Positions 6,884 through 16,818 of a stretch of 59,134 bases of DNA are shown here, one piece after another. A model generated the notes under the pieces. That model worked only from the letters and a program-made list of their open reading frames with translations. It was not told the DNA's origin and ran no database searches. The stretch spans positions 1-59,134 of IMG/VR virus record IMGVR_UViG_3300030060_005339; one strand, 5' to 3'. The position numbers and the translations under genes are program-made. How positions within the stretch are numbered: position 1 is the first letter of the stretch; every line of letters begins with the position of its first letter. Source of the DNA: a virus. Taxonomy: Duplodnaviria > Caudoviricetes.

Positions 6884-8374
6884 ATGGAAAATCCTGATAT
6901 AAATTTAGAAAGACTAGCAGAGCAATACCCTGAAGCCACCAGAGAACTGTTAGAATTAACTGAAGCACTAAATTCCAAGAAACTACAGCGTGAAGGACAA
7001 GAAAGTTTTTTGACCTATATCAATCACATGTGGCCAGACTTTGTAGAAGGCAGACATCACCAGATATTTGCAGAAAAACTAGAGCAAGTAGCACAAGGCA
7101 AGATAAAACGCTTGATAGTAAACATGCCACCAAGGCATACAAAGTCTGAATTTGCCTCTACATTCTTTCCATCATGGATCTTGGGCCGTAATCCTAAGTT
7201 GAAGATCATGCAGATTACGCACACCGCAGAACTTGCCTTCCGTTTTGGTAGAAAAGTTAGGGATATTATCGACTCAGACCTGTATCAAGACGTTTTTCCT
7301 GGCGTAAGTCTAAAAGCAGACAGCAAATCAGCAGGGAGATGGGAAACCAATAAAGGGGGCGAGGCGTTTTATTCAGGTATTGGTGGTGCGGTAACGGGTC
7401 GTGGTGCAGATCTGCTAGTTTTGGACGATATTCACTCGGAACAAGACGCACTTTCTCCTACAGCTTTGGACAATGCTTGGGAATACTACAGTTCTGGACC
7501 CCGACAAAGGCTACAGCCAGGCGGAGCTATCGTTATTGTCATGACACGTTGGAGTATTAAAGACCTGACAGGTAGATTATTGAACAAACAGGCAGAAGAC
7601 CACGCCGATCAGTGGGAAGTGGTAGAGTTTCCTGCAATATTCCCTGAAACCAACAAACCGTTATGGCCAGAATATTGGCAATTAACAGAATTAGAGGGTG
7701 TAAAAGCCTCTTTGCCAGTAAGCAAGTGGGAAGCACAGTGGATGCAAAACCCTACGTCCGAAGAAGGGGCAATTTTGAAGCGAGAATGGTGGCAATTGTG
7801 GGAAGACGACGAAGTTCCAGAAATGCAGTACGTAATACAGTCGTACGACACGGCATATACCAAGAAAGAAACGTCTGACTTCTCTGCTATTACGACATGG
7901 TGCGTTTTCTACCCTGATCCTCACTCTATGCGGCCAGCTTTGCTATTGCTTGATGTCAAAAAAGGTAGGTGGGACTTTCCTACACTCAAGAGAGAGGCAT
8001 ATAAGCAGTTTGAATACTGGGATCCAGATACAGTTATTGTAGAAGCCAAGGCCAGTGGTCTACCGCTCACGGACGAATTACGTCATGCGGGTATTCCCGT
8101 GGTCAACTATTCACCTGGCAAAGGACAAGACAAGATTGCAAGAGTAAATGCGGTCGCACCCATGTTGGAATCGGGCATGGTGTACGTACCCGACACGCGT
8201 TGGGCGGAAGAATTAGTAGAAGAATGTGCAGCGTTTCCATTTGGAGATCATGACGACTTAGTGGACTCGACAACGCAAGCGTTAATGCGTTATCGACAGG
8301 GCGGATTTATTGGTTTAGAATCGGACGATGATCTGCAGGAAAACGAACCCAGACGGATCAGAGAATATTATTAG
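6884..8374 (+). CDS. terL: Terminase large subunit
   Basis: Walker A variant MPPRHTKSE, Walker B LLVLDD, VMTRW motif, nuclease motifs SYDTA and HDDLVDS. Confidence 0.97.
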   Translation: MENPDINLERLAEQYPEATRELLELTEALNSKKLQREGQESFLTYINHMWPDFVEGRHHQIFAEKLEQVAQGKIKRLIVNMPPRHTKSEFASTFFPSWILGRNPKLKIMQITHTAELAFRFGRKVRDIIDSDLYQDVFPGVSLKADSKSAGRWETNKGGEAFYSGIGGAVTGRGADLLVLDDIHSEQDALSPTALDNAWEYYSSGPRQRLQPGGAIVIVMTRWSIKDLTGRLLNKQAEDHADQWEVVEFPAIFPETNKPLWPEYWQLTELEGVKASLPVSKWEAQWMQNPTSEEGAILKREWWQLWEDDEVPEMQYVIQSYDTAYTKKETSDFSAITTWCVFYPDPHSMRPALLLLDVKKGRWDFPTLKREAYKQFEYWDPDTVIVEAKASGLPLTDELRHAGIPVVNYSPGKGQDKIARVNAVAPMLESGMVYVPDTRWAEELVEECAAFPFGDHDDLVDSTTQALMRYRQGGFIGLESDDDLQENEPRRIREYY

Positions 8375-8383
8375 GAGAGAGCA

Positions 8384-8542
8384 ATGGCTGATAAAGGCGA
8401 AAAGATAAAGGACCAAGGATTTGTTCCTTATGCAAAACAAACTGATATGAAAGCACCCATGACCAAACCTGGAGACGGGAAAGGCAAAAGCCGTGGTGGT
8501 GGAGACGCAATGAGAGGAACAAAGTTTACGGGCGTTTACTAA
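8384..8542 (+). CDS. Small protein (52 aa, ...KGKSRGGGDAMRGTKFTGVY)
   Basis: Translated by hand; AGGAG RBS; lies between terL and portal. Confidence 0.7.
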   Translation: MADKGEKIKDQGFVPYAKQTDMKAPMTKPGDGKGKSRGGGDAMRGTKFTGVY

Positions 8543-8549
8543 ACTGTAG

Positions 8550-10952
8550 ATGGCAGAGAACAGTAAACCAACCAACATAGAAAGGTTGTCAGATCTTATT
8601 GATCTGGAAGTACAAGACGGAGAGGAAGTTCAAATTGAAGAGCCCATGCAAATGGGTGAAGGCGATATTGCCGTTGAACTATCCGAAGAAGGCGCACAGA
8701 TAGATTTCTTTCCTGATGAAGAAGTTATCGATACCACGCCCTTCGACGCAAACTTAGCGGAGTACGTTGACGAAGGCGAGCTAGGACGAATTGCTTATCA
8801 ACTGATTACTGACTATGAAGAAGACAAAGGAAGTCGTCACGATTGGGAAGATGCTTACGTAAGAGGGTTAGACCTACTTGGATTCAAGTACGAAGACAGA
8901 GACAGACCTTTTCCAGGAGCATCAGGCGTAACCCATCCTATGCTCGCCGAATCCGTAACCCAGTTCCAAGCGCAGGCATTTAAGGAACTATTGCCAAGTA
9001 AAGGCCCTGTGAAAACAAGAGTTATGGGCAACGAAACTCCTGACGTAGAAGATCAAGCACGTAGGGTAGAAGAGTTCATGAACTACCAGATTACTACGGT
9101 AATGGAAGAATATACTCCTGAAATGGATCAATTATTGTTCTATTTGCCACTAGCAGGGACAGCATTTAAGAAAGTTTATTACGACCCAAGCAAACAAAGA
9201 GCAGTCAGCACCTTTGTACCCGTAGAAGATTTAGTCGTTCCATACACAGCCAGTGACCTAGAAACGTGTGAAAGAGTTACACATGTAGTCAAAATGAGCT
9301 ACAACGAAATCAGAACACAACAACTTGCAGGATTCTACAGAGACATACCATTACAGCCTGCTGAAACAAACATAGGCAGCGAAACCACAGACAAAGAAGA
9401 CGAGCTAGAAGGACTTAGTGCTAACACCAATGACATGATGTATGAACTGTTGGAGTGTCACGTATCTATAGACATACCAGGTTTTGAAGATCCAGACGGA
9501 TACCACTTGCCTTACATTATTACGATAGACAGAGCGTCAAACGCAGTCTTATCTATTAGAAGGAACTACCGTCAGGACGATCCACTAAGAACAAAAATAC
9601 AATACTTTGTACACTACAAGTTTCTCCCTGGTCTTGGATTCTATGGGTTCGGCTTAATACACATGATTGGCGGACTGTCTCGAACCGCTACTGGAGCCCT
9701 ACGACAATTGATCGATGCAGGTACGCTGGCAAATCTACCTGCTGGATTTAAGGCCAGGGGACTTAGAATCAGGGACGATGAAACTCCACTAGAACCAGGA
9801 GAGTTTAGAGACGTAGATGCACCAGGCGGAGCGTTAAGAGATTCATTAATACCGCTACCGTACAAAGAACCATCTGGTACGTTACTGTCCCTATTAGGAT
9901 TTTGTGTAGAAGCGGGACAACGATTTGCATCAATTACGAATTTACAAATAGGCGAAGGCAACCAAGAACTTCCTGTTGGAACAACCATGGCTTTACTAGA
10001 GCAAGGCACAAGAGTCATGTCTGCAGTTCACAAAAGACTACACTATGCACAAAAAACAGAATTTAAGATACTAACCAGATTGTTTGCAGAGTATCTGCCT
10101 CCTGTATATCCATACCAAGTTATAGGCGGAGACCAACAAATCAAACAAGCCGACTTTGATAACAGAGTAGATGTGATACCTGTGAGTGATCCTAACTTCT
10201 TCTCAATGAGCCAACGTATTACATTGGCACAACAAGAGCTCCAGTTAGTACAAAGCAATCCTGAGATACACAACATCAAAGAATCGTACAGAAGAATGTA
10301 CCAAGCCTTAGGCACTGAAAATATTGAAGCGTTGTTCGCACCTGATCCGCCCCCACCCGTTCCGATGGATCCAGCAAGTGAGAATAGCGCAGCATTAATG
10401 GGTGCACCTCTTATGGCATTCCCTGATCAGGCGCATCAGATTCACATAGAGGTGCATCTTTCTTTCTTAGAGTCTGGAGCAGGTATGACAAACCCTGCAG
10501 CGGTGCCTATGATGGTGTCGCACATATTCCAACACATATCATTAGAAGCACAGAACCAAGCTAATGAACAGATGCCAGATCAACCACAACCGACGCAACA
10601 ACAGATACCAGCCATGCAGCAAGGAGGAATGATGATGCCGCCCCCACCTAACCCTGCAAAAGAAGCTTTGAAGGCACAACTAGAACTAGAGATCATGGAA
10701 TCGATCATGCCTAGAATAGAGAAGATACTATCTACTGACGATGGCGTAGTGGCACTGAAACAGCAAGAGCTTGCAATTCGTGCAAAAGAGAACGAAGATG
10801 ATAAAATGATTGCAGAGGAAAGAATCAAACTGGATAAAGCGAAGCTTAAACAGAAAGATCAATCCGAAGAAGAGAAACTAAGATCTCAAGAAGATATAGC
10901 AGCAATGAAAGTTGGTGCAGAAAGAGAAAGGACAAGAAAAGATGGTAATTAA
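8550..10952 (+). CDS. Portal protein
   Basis: 800 aa after terL; PFPGASGVTHP, LPLAGTAFKKVY and LRQLIDAGTLANLP motifs typical of marine podovirus portals. Confidence 0.92.
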   Translation: MAENSKPTNIERLSDLIDLEVQDGEEVQIEEPMQMGEGDIAVELSEEGAQIDFFPDEEVIDTTPFDANLAEYVDEGELGRIAYQLITDYEEDKGSRHDWEDAYVRGLDLLGFKYEDRDRPFPGASGVTHPMLAESVTQFQAQAFKELLPSKGPVKTRVMGNETPDVEDQARRVEEFMNYQITTVMEEYTPEMDQLLFYLPLAGTAFKKVYYDPSKQRAVSTFVPVEDLVVPYTASDLETCERVTHVVKMSYNEIRTQQLAGFYRDIPLQPAETNIGSETTDKEDELEGLSANTNDMMYELLECHVSIDIPGFEDPDGYHLPYIITIDRASNAVLSIRRNYRQDDPLRTKIQYFVHYKFLPGLGFYGFGLIHMIGGLSRTATGALRQLIDAGTLANLPAGFKARGLRIRDDETPLEPGEFRDVDAPGGALRDSLIPLPYKEPSGTLLSLLGFCVEAGQRFASITNLQIGEGNQELPVGTTMALLEQGTRVMSAVHKRLHYAQKTEFKILTRLFAEYLPPVYPYQVIGGDQQIKQADFDNRVDVIPVSDPNFFSMSQRITLAQQELQLVQSNPEIHNIKESYRRMYQALGTENIEALFAPDPPPPVPMDPASENSAALMGAPLMAFPDQAHQIHIEVHLSFLESGAGMTNPAAVPMMVSHIFQHISLEAQNQANEQMPDQPQPTQQQIPAMQQGGMMMPPPPNPAKEALKAQLELEIMESIMPRIEKILSTDDGVVALKQQELAIRAKENEDDKMIAEERIKLDKAKLKQKDQSEEEKLRSQEDIAAMKVGAERERTRKDGN

Positions 10953-11907
10953 AATTCCAGGCCTAGAAAACATTGACATGGAAGCTATAAACTCAGCTGT
11001 TGAACAAGCTGTGGCTTCTGCTGGCGTAGGTCAATTAGACTTAGGGTCTTTAGGAACAAGCGGACAGTCTGTTATGGAAGGTGAGCCAGTAACTTTAGCT
11101 GCTGACCCTGTAGCTCCAGTTTTTGACACAAACGATGTAGCGGGTTCATTAGCTGCTGGTTTAGTTCCAACACAAGCAGACATTGTAAACATGTATGCAC
11201 CCTATGTTTTTGGTTCTAAAGTTCCAGAAAAAACTTTTAATGAGATAAGAGCTTTAGAAGAAGCTGGTTATCCTTTAATAATTGATGGCAAACAGTATGC
11301 ACCAACCAGCACTATTTCTCATATACAAGATGGTAAGTTTATACCCAAGACTGTAGGCACTGACTACACTTATCCAAGCGTAGCAGACACTGTTATTACG
11401 GGTGAGCCAGAGGTCACCCCCATGGATAGCGATATAGACAGAGCTGTTGCTACAGCCGTAGCGTCTGCTATGGCATCTGGTGGAGACATGCTAGTACAAG
11501 CTGCTGACGATCCTATAATGACTGCGGTTGAAACAGCCGTGGGCAGTGGTCAACCGACCACGGACGATACTATACTTACAGAACAAGCAATGACTTCTGT
11601 TCCTACAGAAACAACACAAGTAGCACAAGAAGCACAACCCGATTTCATGACTCAGATAAACGAACTTATTGCACAAATGCAAGCTGAACAAACTGCCGCA
11701 GCCGCTGCCCAGCAACAACAAGCAGCTGAAATGGCACAGAATTACATGGTTGGACAACCAGCCGTAGGTTATAACCCGTACGAAAGCGGACAGTATCAGA
11801 ACAATCCGTATGGAGCCGCTGGAGTACCAGACATGGGAGGTATAACATCTATACCTGTACCTGCAGCCTATACCCCTAACCCTTACTTAATCGGAGGAAC
11901 AACATAG
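10942..11907 (+). CDS. Low-complexity hypothetical protein, possibly internal virion
   Basis: Long A/Q/T-rich ORF; probable ATG at 10942. Confidence 0.7.
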   Translation: MVIKIPGLENIDMEAINSAVEQAVASAGVGQLDLGSLGTSGQSVMEGEPVTLAADPVAPVFDTNDVAGSLAAGLVPTQADIVNMYAPYVFGSKVPEKTFNEIRALEEAGYPLIIDGKQYAPTSTISHIQDGKFIPKTVGTDYTYPSVADTVITGEPEVTPMDSDIDRAVATAVASAMASGGDMLVQAADDPIMTAVETAVGSGQPTTDDTILTEQAMTSVPTETTQVAQEAQPDFMTQINELIAQMQAEQTAAAAAQQQQAAEMAQNYMVGQPAVGYNPYESGQYQNNPYGAAGVPDMGGITSIPVPAAYTPNPYLIGGTT

Positions 11908-12092
11908 ATTTACTACAATTCGCGACAGCTGTATTGCGCGCCATAGATGAAAAAGAACAGCAACTTCAAGAAATACTCTCCAACGGCGAAGTCCGAGATT
12001 GGGAGCATTACAAGAATCTGACTGGTCAAGTCGAGGCGTTAAATTACACACGAGAAGAAATTCGACAACTAATGAAAAACCAGGAGATATAA
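11904..12092 (+). CDS. Small helical protein upstream of groES, apparent ATA start
   Basis: GGAGG plus 6 nt plus ATA; 62 codons (IDLLQFATAVLRAIDEKEQQLQEILSNGEVRDWEHYKNLTGQVEAL...) exactly fill the gap. Confidence 0.65.
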   Translation: MDLLQFATAVLRAIDEKEQQLQEILSNGEVRDWEHYKNLTGQVEALNYTREEIRQLMKNQEI

Positions 12093-12569
12093 ATGCCAAC
12101 CCCAAGCACGTTAGCAATGGAAGAAGAATGGAAAAAGAAAGAAGCAGATAAGTCTGTTTTAGAAAAAGCTTATCAATCAGGTAAGAAAAAAGGAGACGCG
12201 ACCACGCTCGATCCTGATAAATTAGATTCAAAACTACTAGATCAACTACCTTCACCTACAGGGTGGAGAGTTATGATCTTGCCGTACAAAGGCCAAGGAC
12301 AAACCGAAGGTGGTATTGTCCTGACAAGCGAAACTCGTGAAAGACAGCAGATAGGAACGCTGCTTGGCTACGTACTAAAAGTCGGACCACAAGCGTACGA
12401 CGGAGAAAGATTTTCTACTGGCCCTTGGTGCAAACCAGGAGACTGGGTATTGATTGGAAGATACTCAGGATCAAGGATACAAATCGAAGGCGGAGAAATA
12501 AAACTGTTGAATGATGATGAAATCATTGCAACGGTTCCAGACCCAGAAGCAATTCTGCATCAATTTTAA
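12093..12569 (+). CDS. groES: Co-chaperonin GroES-like protein
   Basis: PTGWRVMI...TEGGIVL...VLKVGP...KPGDWVLIGRYSG...LLNDDEIIA. Confidence 0.92.
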   Translation: MPTPSTLAMEEEWKKKEADKSVLEKAYQSGKKKGDATTLDPDKLDSKLLDQLPSPTGWRVMILPYKGQGQTEGGIVLTSETRERQQIGTLLGYVLKVGPQAYDGERFSTGPWCKPGDWVLIGRYSGSRIQIEGGEIKLLNDDEIIATVPDPEAILHQF

Positions 12570-12587
12570 TAACCATGGAGAACGACC

Positions 12588-13535
12588 ATGCCTGAGCATA
12601 AACTAAATATGAATGCCGCTGAGGAAACAGTACAGTTAGATGATACTGGTCCTGAGGTGGATGTTGATATAGACGAAGGTGGAGCTTTACCTATAGATCC
12701 CCAGCAACCTACTAAACCTGTACTAGGTGACGAGGGAGCTGCGGAAGTAGTACCAGAGCCCCAACCCGAAGAAGCAAAAGCTGACGATCACGAAGAATAC
12801 AGTAAAAGTGTAAAGAAACGTATTGACAAGCTAACTGCTAAACTAAGGGAAGCCGAACGAAGAGAGCAAGCAGCAACGCAATTTGCAGAAAACGTAAAGA
12901 AAGAAAACGAAACATTAACACAACAAAAAACGAATTTAGATAGTAACTACATCGTAGCTGAGGCCAATAGGATTTCAGCTGAAACCGAAGCAACGAAAAA
13001 TATTTTAAGAAAAGCAAACGAAGAAGCAGATATTGAAGCACAAACAAACGCACAACAAAAACTAGCAGCTCTTGCCGTTGAAGCTCAACGTGTACAAGCT
13101 TTGAACCAAGAGCGCACTGCACAAGCAGCGCAATACCAACAAGTAACACAGGATATTCCGAAAGGGCCACAGCCACAGCCTCAAGAGTATTCTGAACCAG
13201 ATCCCAAAGCTCAAGCATGGGCAGAAGAGAATCCTTGGTTCGGAAACGACAAAGCTATGACTATGACCTCGTTTGCTTTTCATGAAGATTTGTTGTCAGA
13301 AGGGTTTGACCCCGCAAGCAATGAATACTATGATGAGATAAATAACAGGATTCGAAACGAGTTCCCTCATAAATTTAATGATGAAACTCAGCCGAACCAA
13401 CCCGCTCAGACGGTAGCACCAGCGAAGCGAAGTGCAAAATCAGGGCGCAAAACTGTGAGACTCACACCTTCACAGGTTGCAATAGCAAATAAATTGGGTG
13501 TGCCTTTAGAAGAGTACGCGAAATATGTTGAATAA
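12588..13535 (+). CDS. Putative capsid scaffolding protein
   Basis: Acidic N-terminus, coiled coil, C-terminal LTPSQVAIANKLGVPLEEYAKY; located upstream of the capsid gene. Confidence 0.7.
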   Translation: MPEHKLNMNAAEETVQLDDTGPEVDVDIDEGGALPIDPQQPTKPVLGDEGAAEVVPEPQPEEAKADDHEEYSKSVKKRIDKLTAKLREAERREQAATQFAENVKKENETLTQQKTNLDSNYIVAEANRISAETEATKNILRKANEEADIEAQTNAQQKLAALAVEAQRVQALNQERTAQAAQYQQVTQDIPKGPQPQPQEYSEPDPKAQAWAEENPWFGNDKAMTMTSFAFHEDLLSEGFDPASNEYYDEINNRIRNEFPHKFNDETQPNQPAQTVAPAKRSAKSGRKTVRLTPSQVAIANKLGVPLEEYAKYVE

Positions 13536-13550
13536 CGTGGAGCAACGTAA

Positions 13551-14042
13551 ATGACTGAAAATAATAAAAAGATTGACGAGAATCGTCAACCACGCGAAGC
13601 CCAGACTCGCGAAAAGCAAGTAGCGAGAAAACCATGGGCTCCCCCATCTGCTTTGGACGCACCTACACCTCCCGAAGGTTATGTTCATCGTTGGGTGAGA
13701 TTAGAAATCAGAGGACAAGATGATCGTAAGAATGTCATGTCTAAGATGAGGGAAGGATGGGAACCTGTGAGAGCAGATGAATATCCTGACTTTGAATCTC
13801 CGACAATCGATGATGGTAAGTTTGAGGGTGTTATAGGCGTTGGTGGTTTAATACTATGTAGGATTCCTATTGAAACTGTACAGGAAAGATCTGAATACTT
13901 TGCAAATAAAACGCAAAGCCAGATGGATGCTGTAGATAACGATATGATGAAAGATGGTACGCACCCCAGTATGTCCATAAACAGACCAGAGAGGCAGTCG
14001 CGCGTAACAATTGGTGGAACTCAAGGTTCGTCAAACAACTAA
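13551..14042 (+). CDS. Conserved head-module hypothetical protein
   Basis: WAPPSALDAP...HRWVR...REGWEPVR; position in the head operon. Confidence 0.8.
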   Translation: MTENNKKIDENRQPREAQTREKQVARKPWAPPSALDAPTPPEGYVHRWVRLEIRGQDDRKNVMSKMREGWEPVRADEYPDFESPTIDDGKFEGVIGVGGLILCRIPIETVQERSEYFANKTQSQMDAVDNDMMKDGTHPSMSINRPERQSRVTIGGTQGSSNN

Positions 14043-14082
14043 GAGTTCTTTATATTAATTCTTGTAAATTAGAGAAAAGAAT

Positions 14083-14664
14083 ATGGCAAATGTAGATAAA
14101 GCCTTTGGGTTAAAACCTTATAAAGGTCTCAATGTCGGTTCAGCCGTTCAAGAAGCTAATAAATATAACATTAATCCATCAGGATACGGTACAAGCATCT
14201 TCCAAGGTGACTTAACTATATTCAACGGAGGATACATCGAAAGATCAGCAGCTAGTTCTGCTAATAACGTAGGTGTTTTATCTCATGTTTTTTATACAGC
14301 TACTGACGGAACTCCCACTTTTAAGAATTACTATCCAGCATCTACAACGGCACTTGGAAGCGGAGACATAGAAGCTTACATCTATGACGACCCTAATCAA
14401 TTGTTTGTTGTTCAAGCGGATGGTGCTTCTACTATCGCAGCTGTTGGCAGAAATGCTGACACTGATGGTATTGGTGGTAGTACAACAACTGGCGTAGCTA
14501 CTCGCGAGCTCGACTCTAGTACACTAGCAACAACCCAAGCACTTCAGCTTAAAGTTGTGGGCGTAGTTCAAGATGATAAAAACGGAGACCTTTCAAGCAA
14601 TAATGCGAACTTAGTTGTTCTCATTAATGAACATGCTTATAGAGGTCCTGTCGCTGGAACATAA
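14083..14664 (+). CDS. Putative capsid decoration / minor capsid protein
   Basis: MANVDKAFGLKP...IFQGD...DDPNQLF; immediately upstream of the major capsid gene. Confidence 0.65.
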   Translation: MANVDKAFGLKPYKGLNVGSAVQEANKYNINPSGYGTSIFQGDLTIFNGGYIERSAASSANNVGVLSHVFYTATDGTPTFKNYYPASTTALGSGDIEAYIYDDPNQLFVVQADGASTIAAVGRNADTDGIGGSTTTGVATRELDSSTLATTQALQLKVVGVVQDDKNGDLSSNNANLVVLINEHAYRGPVAGT

Positions 14665-14676
14665 GGAGTAAATTAG

Positions 14677-15585
14677 ATGGCAATTTCTAGAGGACAATTA
14701 GTCAAAGAGTTACTTCCAGGTCTAAACGCGTTATTTGGTCTTGAGTACGATAGATATGAAAACGAACATGAAGAAATTTTTGACGTTGAAAATTCTGATC
14801 GTGCTTTTGAAGAAGAAGTAATGCTAACAGGCTTTGACCAGGCACCCGTTAAATCAGAAGGAGCAGGCGTAGCGTTTGATTCAGCCCAAGAGGCGTTCAC
14901 GTCACGTTATACCCACGAAACCATAGCTTTAGCGTTTAGCATCACAGAAGAAGCGGTAGAGGATAACCTATACGACAGATTGTCGGCTAGGTACACTCGT
15001 GCGCTTGCAAGAAGTATGTCAAACACTAAGCAAGTCAAGGCGGCAGCTGTATTGAATAATGCTTTCAATTCAAGTTTCCCTGGCGGCGATGGGAAAGAAC
15101 TTTGCGCAACAGATCACCCAACTGTGGGGGGTCCTAATTTGAGCAATGAGCTTTCAACATCTGCTGACCTAAGTGAAACTTCACTTGAACAAGCATTGAT
15201 TGATATTGCAGCCTTCACTGACGAACGTGGTTTGAAAGTAGCTCTTCAAGGAACTAAGTTAATTATTCCTAAAGAACTACAATTCGTAGCTGATAGAATA
15301 TTGGAAACTCCAGGCAGAGTTGCCACGTCTGATAATGATATTAACGCCATGAGAAACATGGGTATGATCCCTGAGGGATATACAGTTAATCACTATCTGA
15401 CTGACACTGATGCTTTTTTCATTAAAACTGATGCACCGAACGGTTTCAAAATGTTTAATCGTTCACCAATCAGAACTTCAATGGAAGCGGATTTCGATAC
15501 GGGTAATGTTAGGTACAAAGCTAGAGAAAGATACAGCTTTGGATTCTCGGATCCACGTTGCGTCTTCGGTAGCCCAGGAGCATAA
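14677..15585 (+). CDS. Major capsid protein (Mu gpT-like, HK97 fold)
   Basis: MAISRGQLVKELLPGLNALFGLEY...DFDTGNVRYKARERYSFG; strong RBS. Confidence 0.92.
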   Translation: MAISRGQLVKELLPGLNALFGLEYDRYENEHEEIFDVENSDRAFEEEVMLTGFDQAPVKSEGAGVAFDSAQEAFTSRYTHETIALAFSITEEAVEDNLYDRLSARYTRALARSMSNTKQVKAAAVLNNAFNSSFPGGDGKELCATDHPTVGGPNLSNELSTSADLSETSLEQALIDIAAFTDERGLKVALQGTKLIIPKELQFVADRILETPGRVATSDNDINAMRNMGMIPEGYTVNHYLTDTDAFFIKTDAPNGFKMFNRSPIRTSMEADFDTGNVRYKARERYSFGFSDPRCVFGSPGA

Positions 15586-15685
15586 CACTCGATTAGTTTA
15601 ATGGAACCCAGCTGGGGGTTTCTTACTCAACCCAGCAACCTTATCTTTTCTACACATTTCCATTTTTTTCTGATACGATAATCTC

Positions 15686-15746
15686 ATACCGAGATAATTT
15701 GTTATACCAACTGACTCGGCAGACTCACTCCAAGATGGTGTAACAC
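15686..15746 (+). ncRNA. Structured RNA downstream of the capsid gene, probably the Mu-gpT-DE motif
   Basis: Stem 15700-15709/15736-15745; CCGAG (15689) can pair with loop CTCGG (15715) as a pseudoknot; CTGAC-CAGAC-CCAAGA core; downstream of a gpT-like gene. The motif name is from recall. Confidence 0.55.
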
Positions 15747-15765
15747 ATTTAGTTAGGAGAAAAAT

Positions 15766-16272
15766 ATGGCTAAATCAACATTTTCAGGACCAGTCAAGTC
15801 TTTGGCTGGATTTATATCAGCAGGTAGTTCAGCTTTTGTTAGCTTAACAGCCGATACTTCACTTACAGTAGCAGCACACGCAGGTAAGGTTCTTACTTGT
15901 AACGATGCAGATGGTAAATTTACTTTACCTTCAATCGTAGCAACTACTCCAAGTGACTCTACTGATCCAAACCAACTTAATAACATAGGTGCAACTTTCT
16001 ACTTTGTTGTCGAAACAGCTGCTACTGATATGGATATTAAAACAGATGGAACAGATAAGTTTGTAGGTGCACTTTACACTGGTAAAGATGATGCTACAGG
16101 TAAGACTTTTATATCTGGTGCGTCTAATGATGTTATCACTATGAATGGATCAACTAAAGGTGGGCTTGCTGGTAGTATCGTAAAAGTAACTGCAATGGCT
16201 TCTGCAAAGTATGCTGTTGAAGGACTTATTTTAGGTTCAGGAACTATAGTTACACCATTTGCTGACGCTTAA
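15766..16272 (+). CDS. Virion structural protein (MAKSTFSGPV...)
   Basis: Ala/Thr/Gly-rich, strong RBS, follows the capsid gene. Confidence 0.8.
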   Translation: MAKSTFSGPVKSLAGFISAGSSAFVSLTADTSLTVAAHAGKVLTCNDADGKFTLPSIVATTPSDSTDPNQLNNIGATFYFVVETAATDMDIKTDGTDKFVGALYTGKDDATGKTFISGASNDVITMNGSTKGGLAGSIVKVTAMASAKYAVEGLILGSGTIVTPFADA

Positions 16273-16284
16273 TAGGAGACTAAT

Positions 16285-16611
16285 ATGAGTTCAGATGTAA
16301 AAGCATCCGTTCCTTTAACTAGCTCAGGGAGGCTTCAAGGTTTTATTGGAGCATCAGGAGCTGGAACTGCTACTAATTTAGGCTCACTAAGGATACAGTC
16401 TGTACAAGCTCAATCTAGCGATGCTGACGCACAGATCATCATATACGATGGTTCTAGCGCAAGTGGCACTAGAATAATAGCTCAGTTTAAGTTTGGTTCT
16501 GCAGCGAACGAATCTTTCGATCACTACATACCAGGCATGGGCTGTCGTTTTACAGAAGGAGCTTATGTAGCTTTGACTAACTGCGACTTTTTCGTTGCAT
16601 ATTACAATTAA
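16285..16611 (+). CDS. Putative structural protein
   Basis: 108-aa ORF, AGGAG RBS. Confidence 0.75.
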   Translation: MSSDVKASVPLTSSGRLQGFIGASGAGTATNLGSLRIQSVQAQSSDADAQIIIYDGSSASGTRIIAQFKFGSAANESFDHYIPGMGCRFTEGAYVALTNCDFFVAYYN

Positions 16612-16620
16612 GGATTAGAT

Positions 16621-16818
16621 ATGTTTAAAAAGACTAAAGGTTACGCTCAAGGCGGTAAAATGAAGTCCAAAGGTATGAAAACTGGCGGAGTTACAAAAAC
16701 CAAAGGTTATAGAAGAGGCGGTGTAACCATGAGCACTAAAGGCTATAGAATGGGCGGTGTAATCGCTATGAATACCAAAGGTAATAAAAAAGGCGGGAAG
16801 AAAGGCGGAAAGCCCTAA
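16621..16818 (+). CDS. Small basic protein built from KGYxxGG repeats
   Basis: KGYAQGG, KGMKTGG, KGYRRGG, KGYRMGG, KGNKKGG. Confidence 0.75.
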   Translation: MFKKTKGYAQGGKMKSKGMKTGGVTKTKGYRRGGVTMSTKGYRMGGVIAMNTKGNKKGGKKGGKP

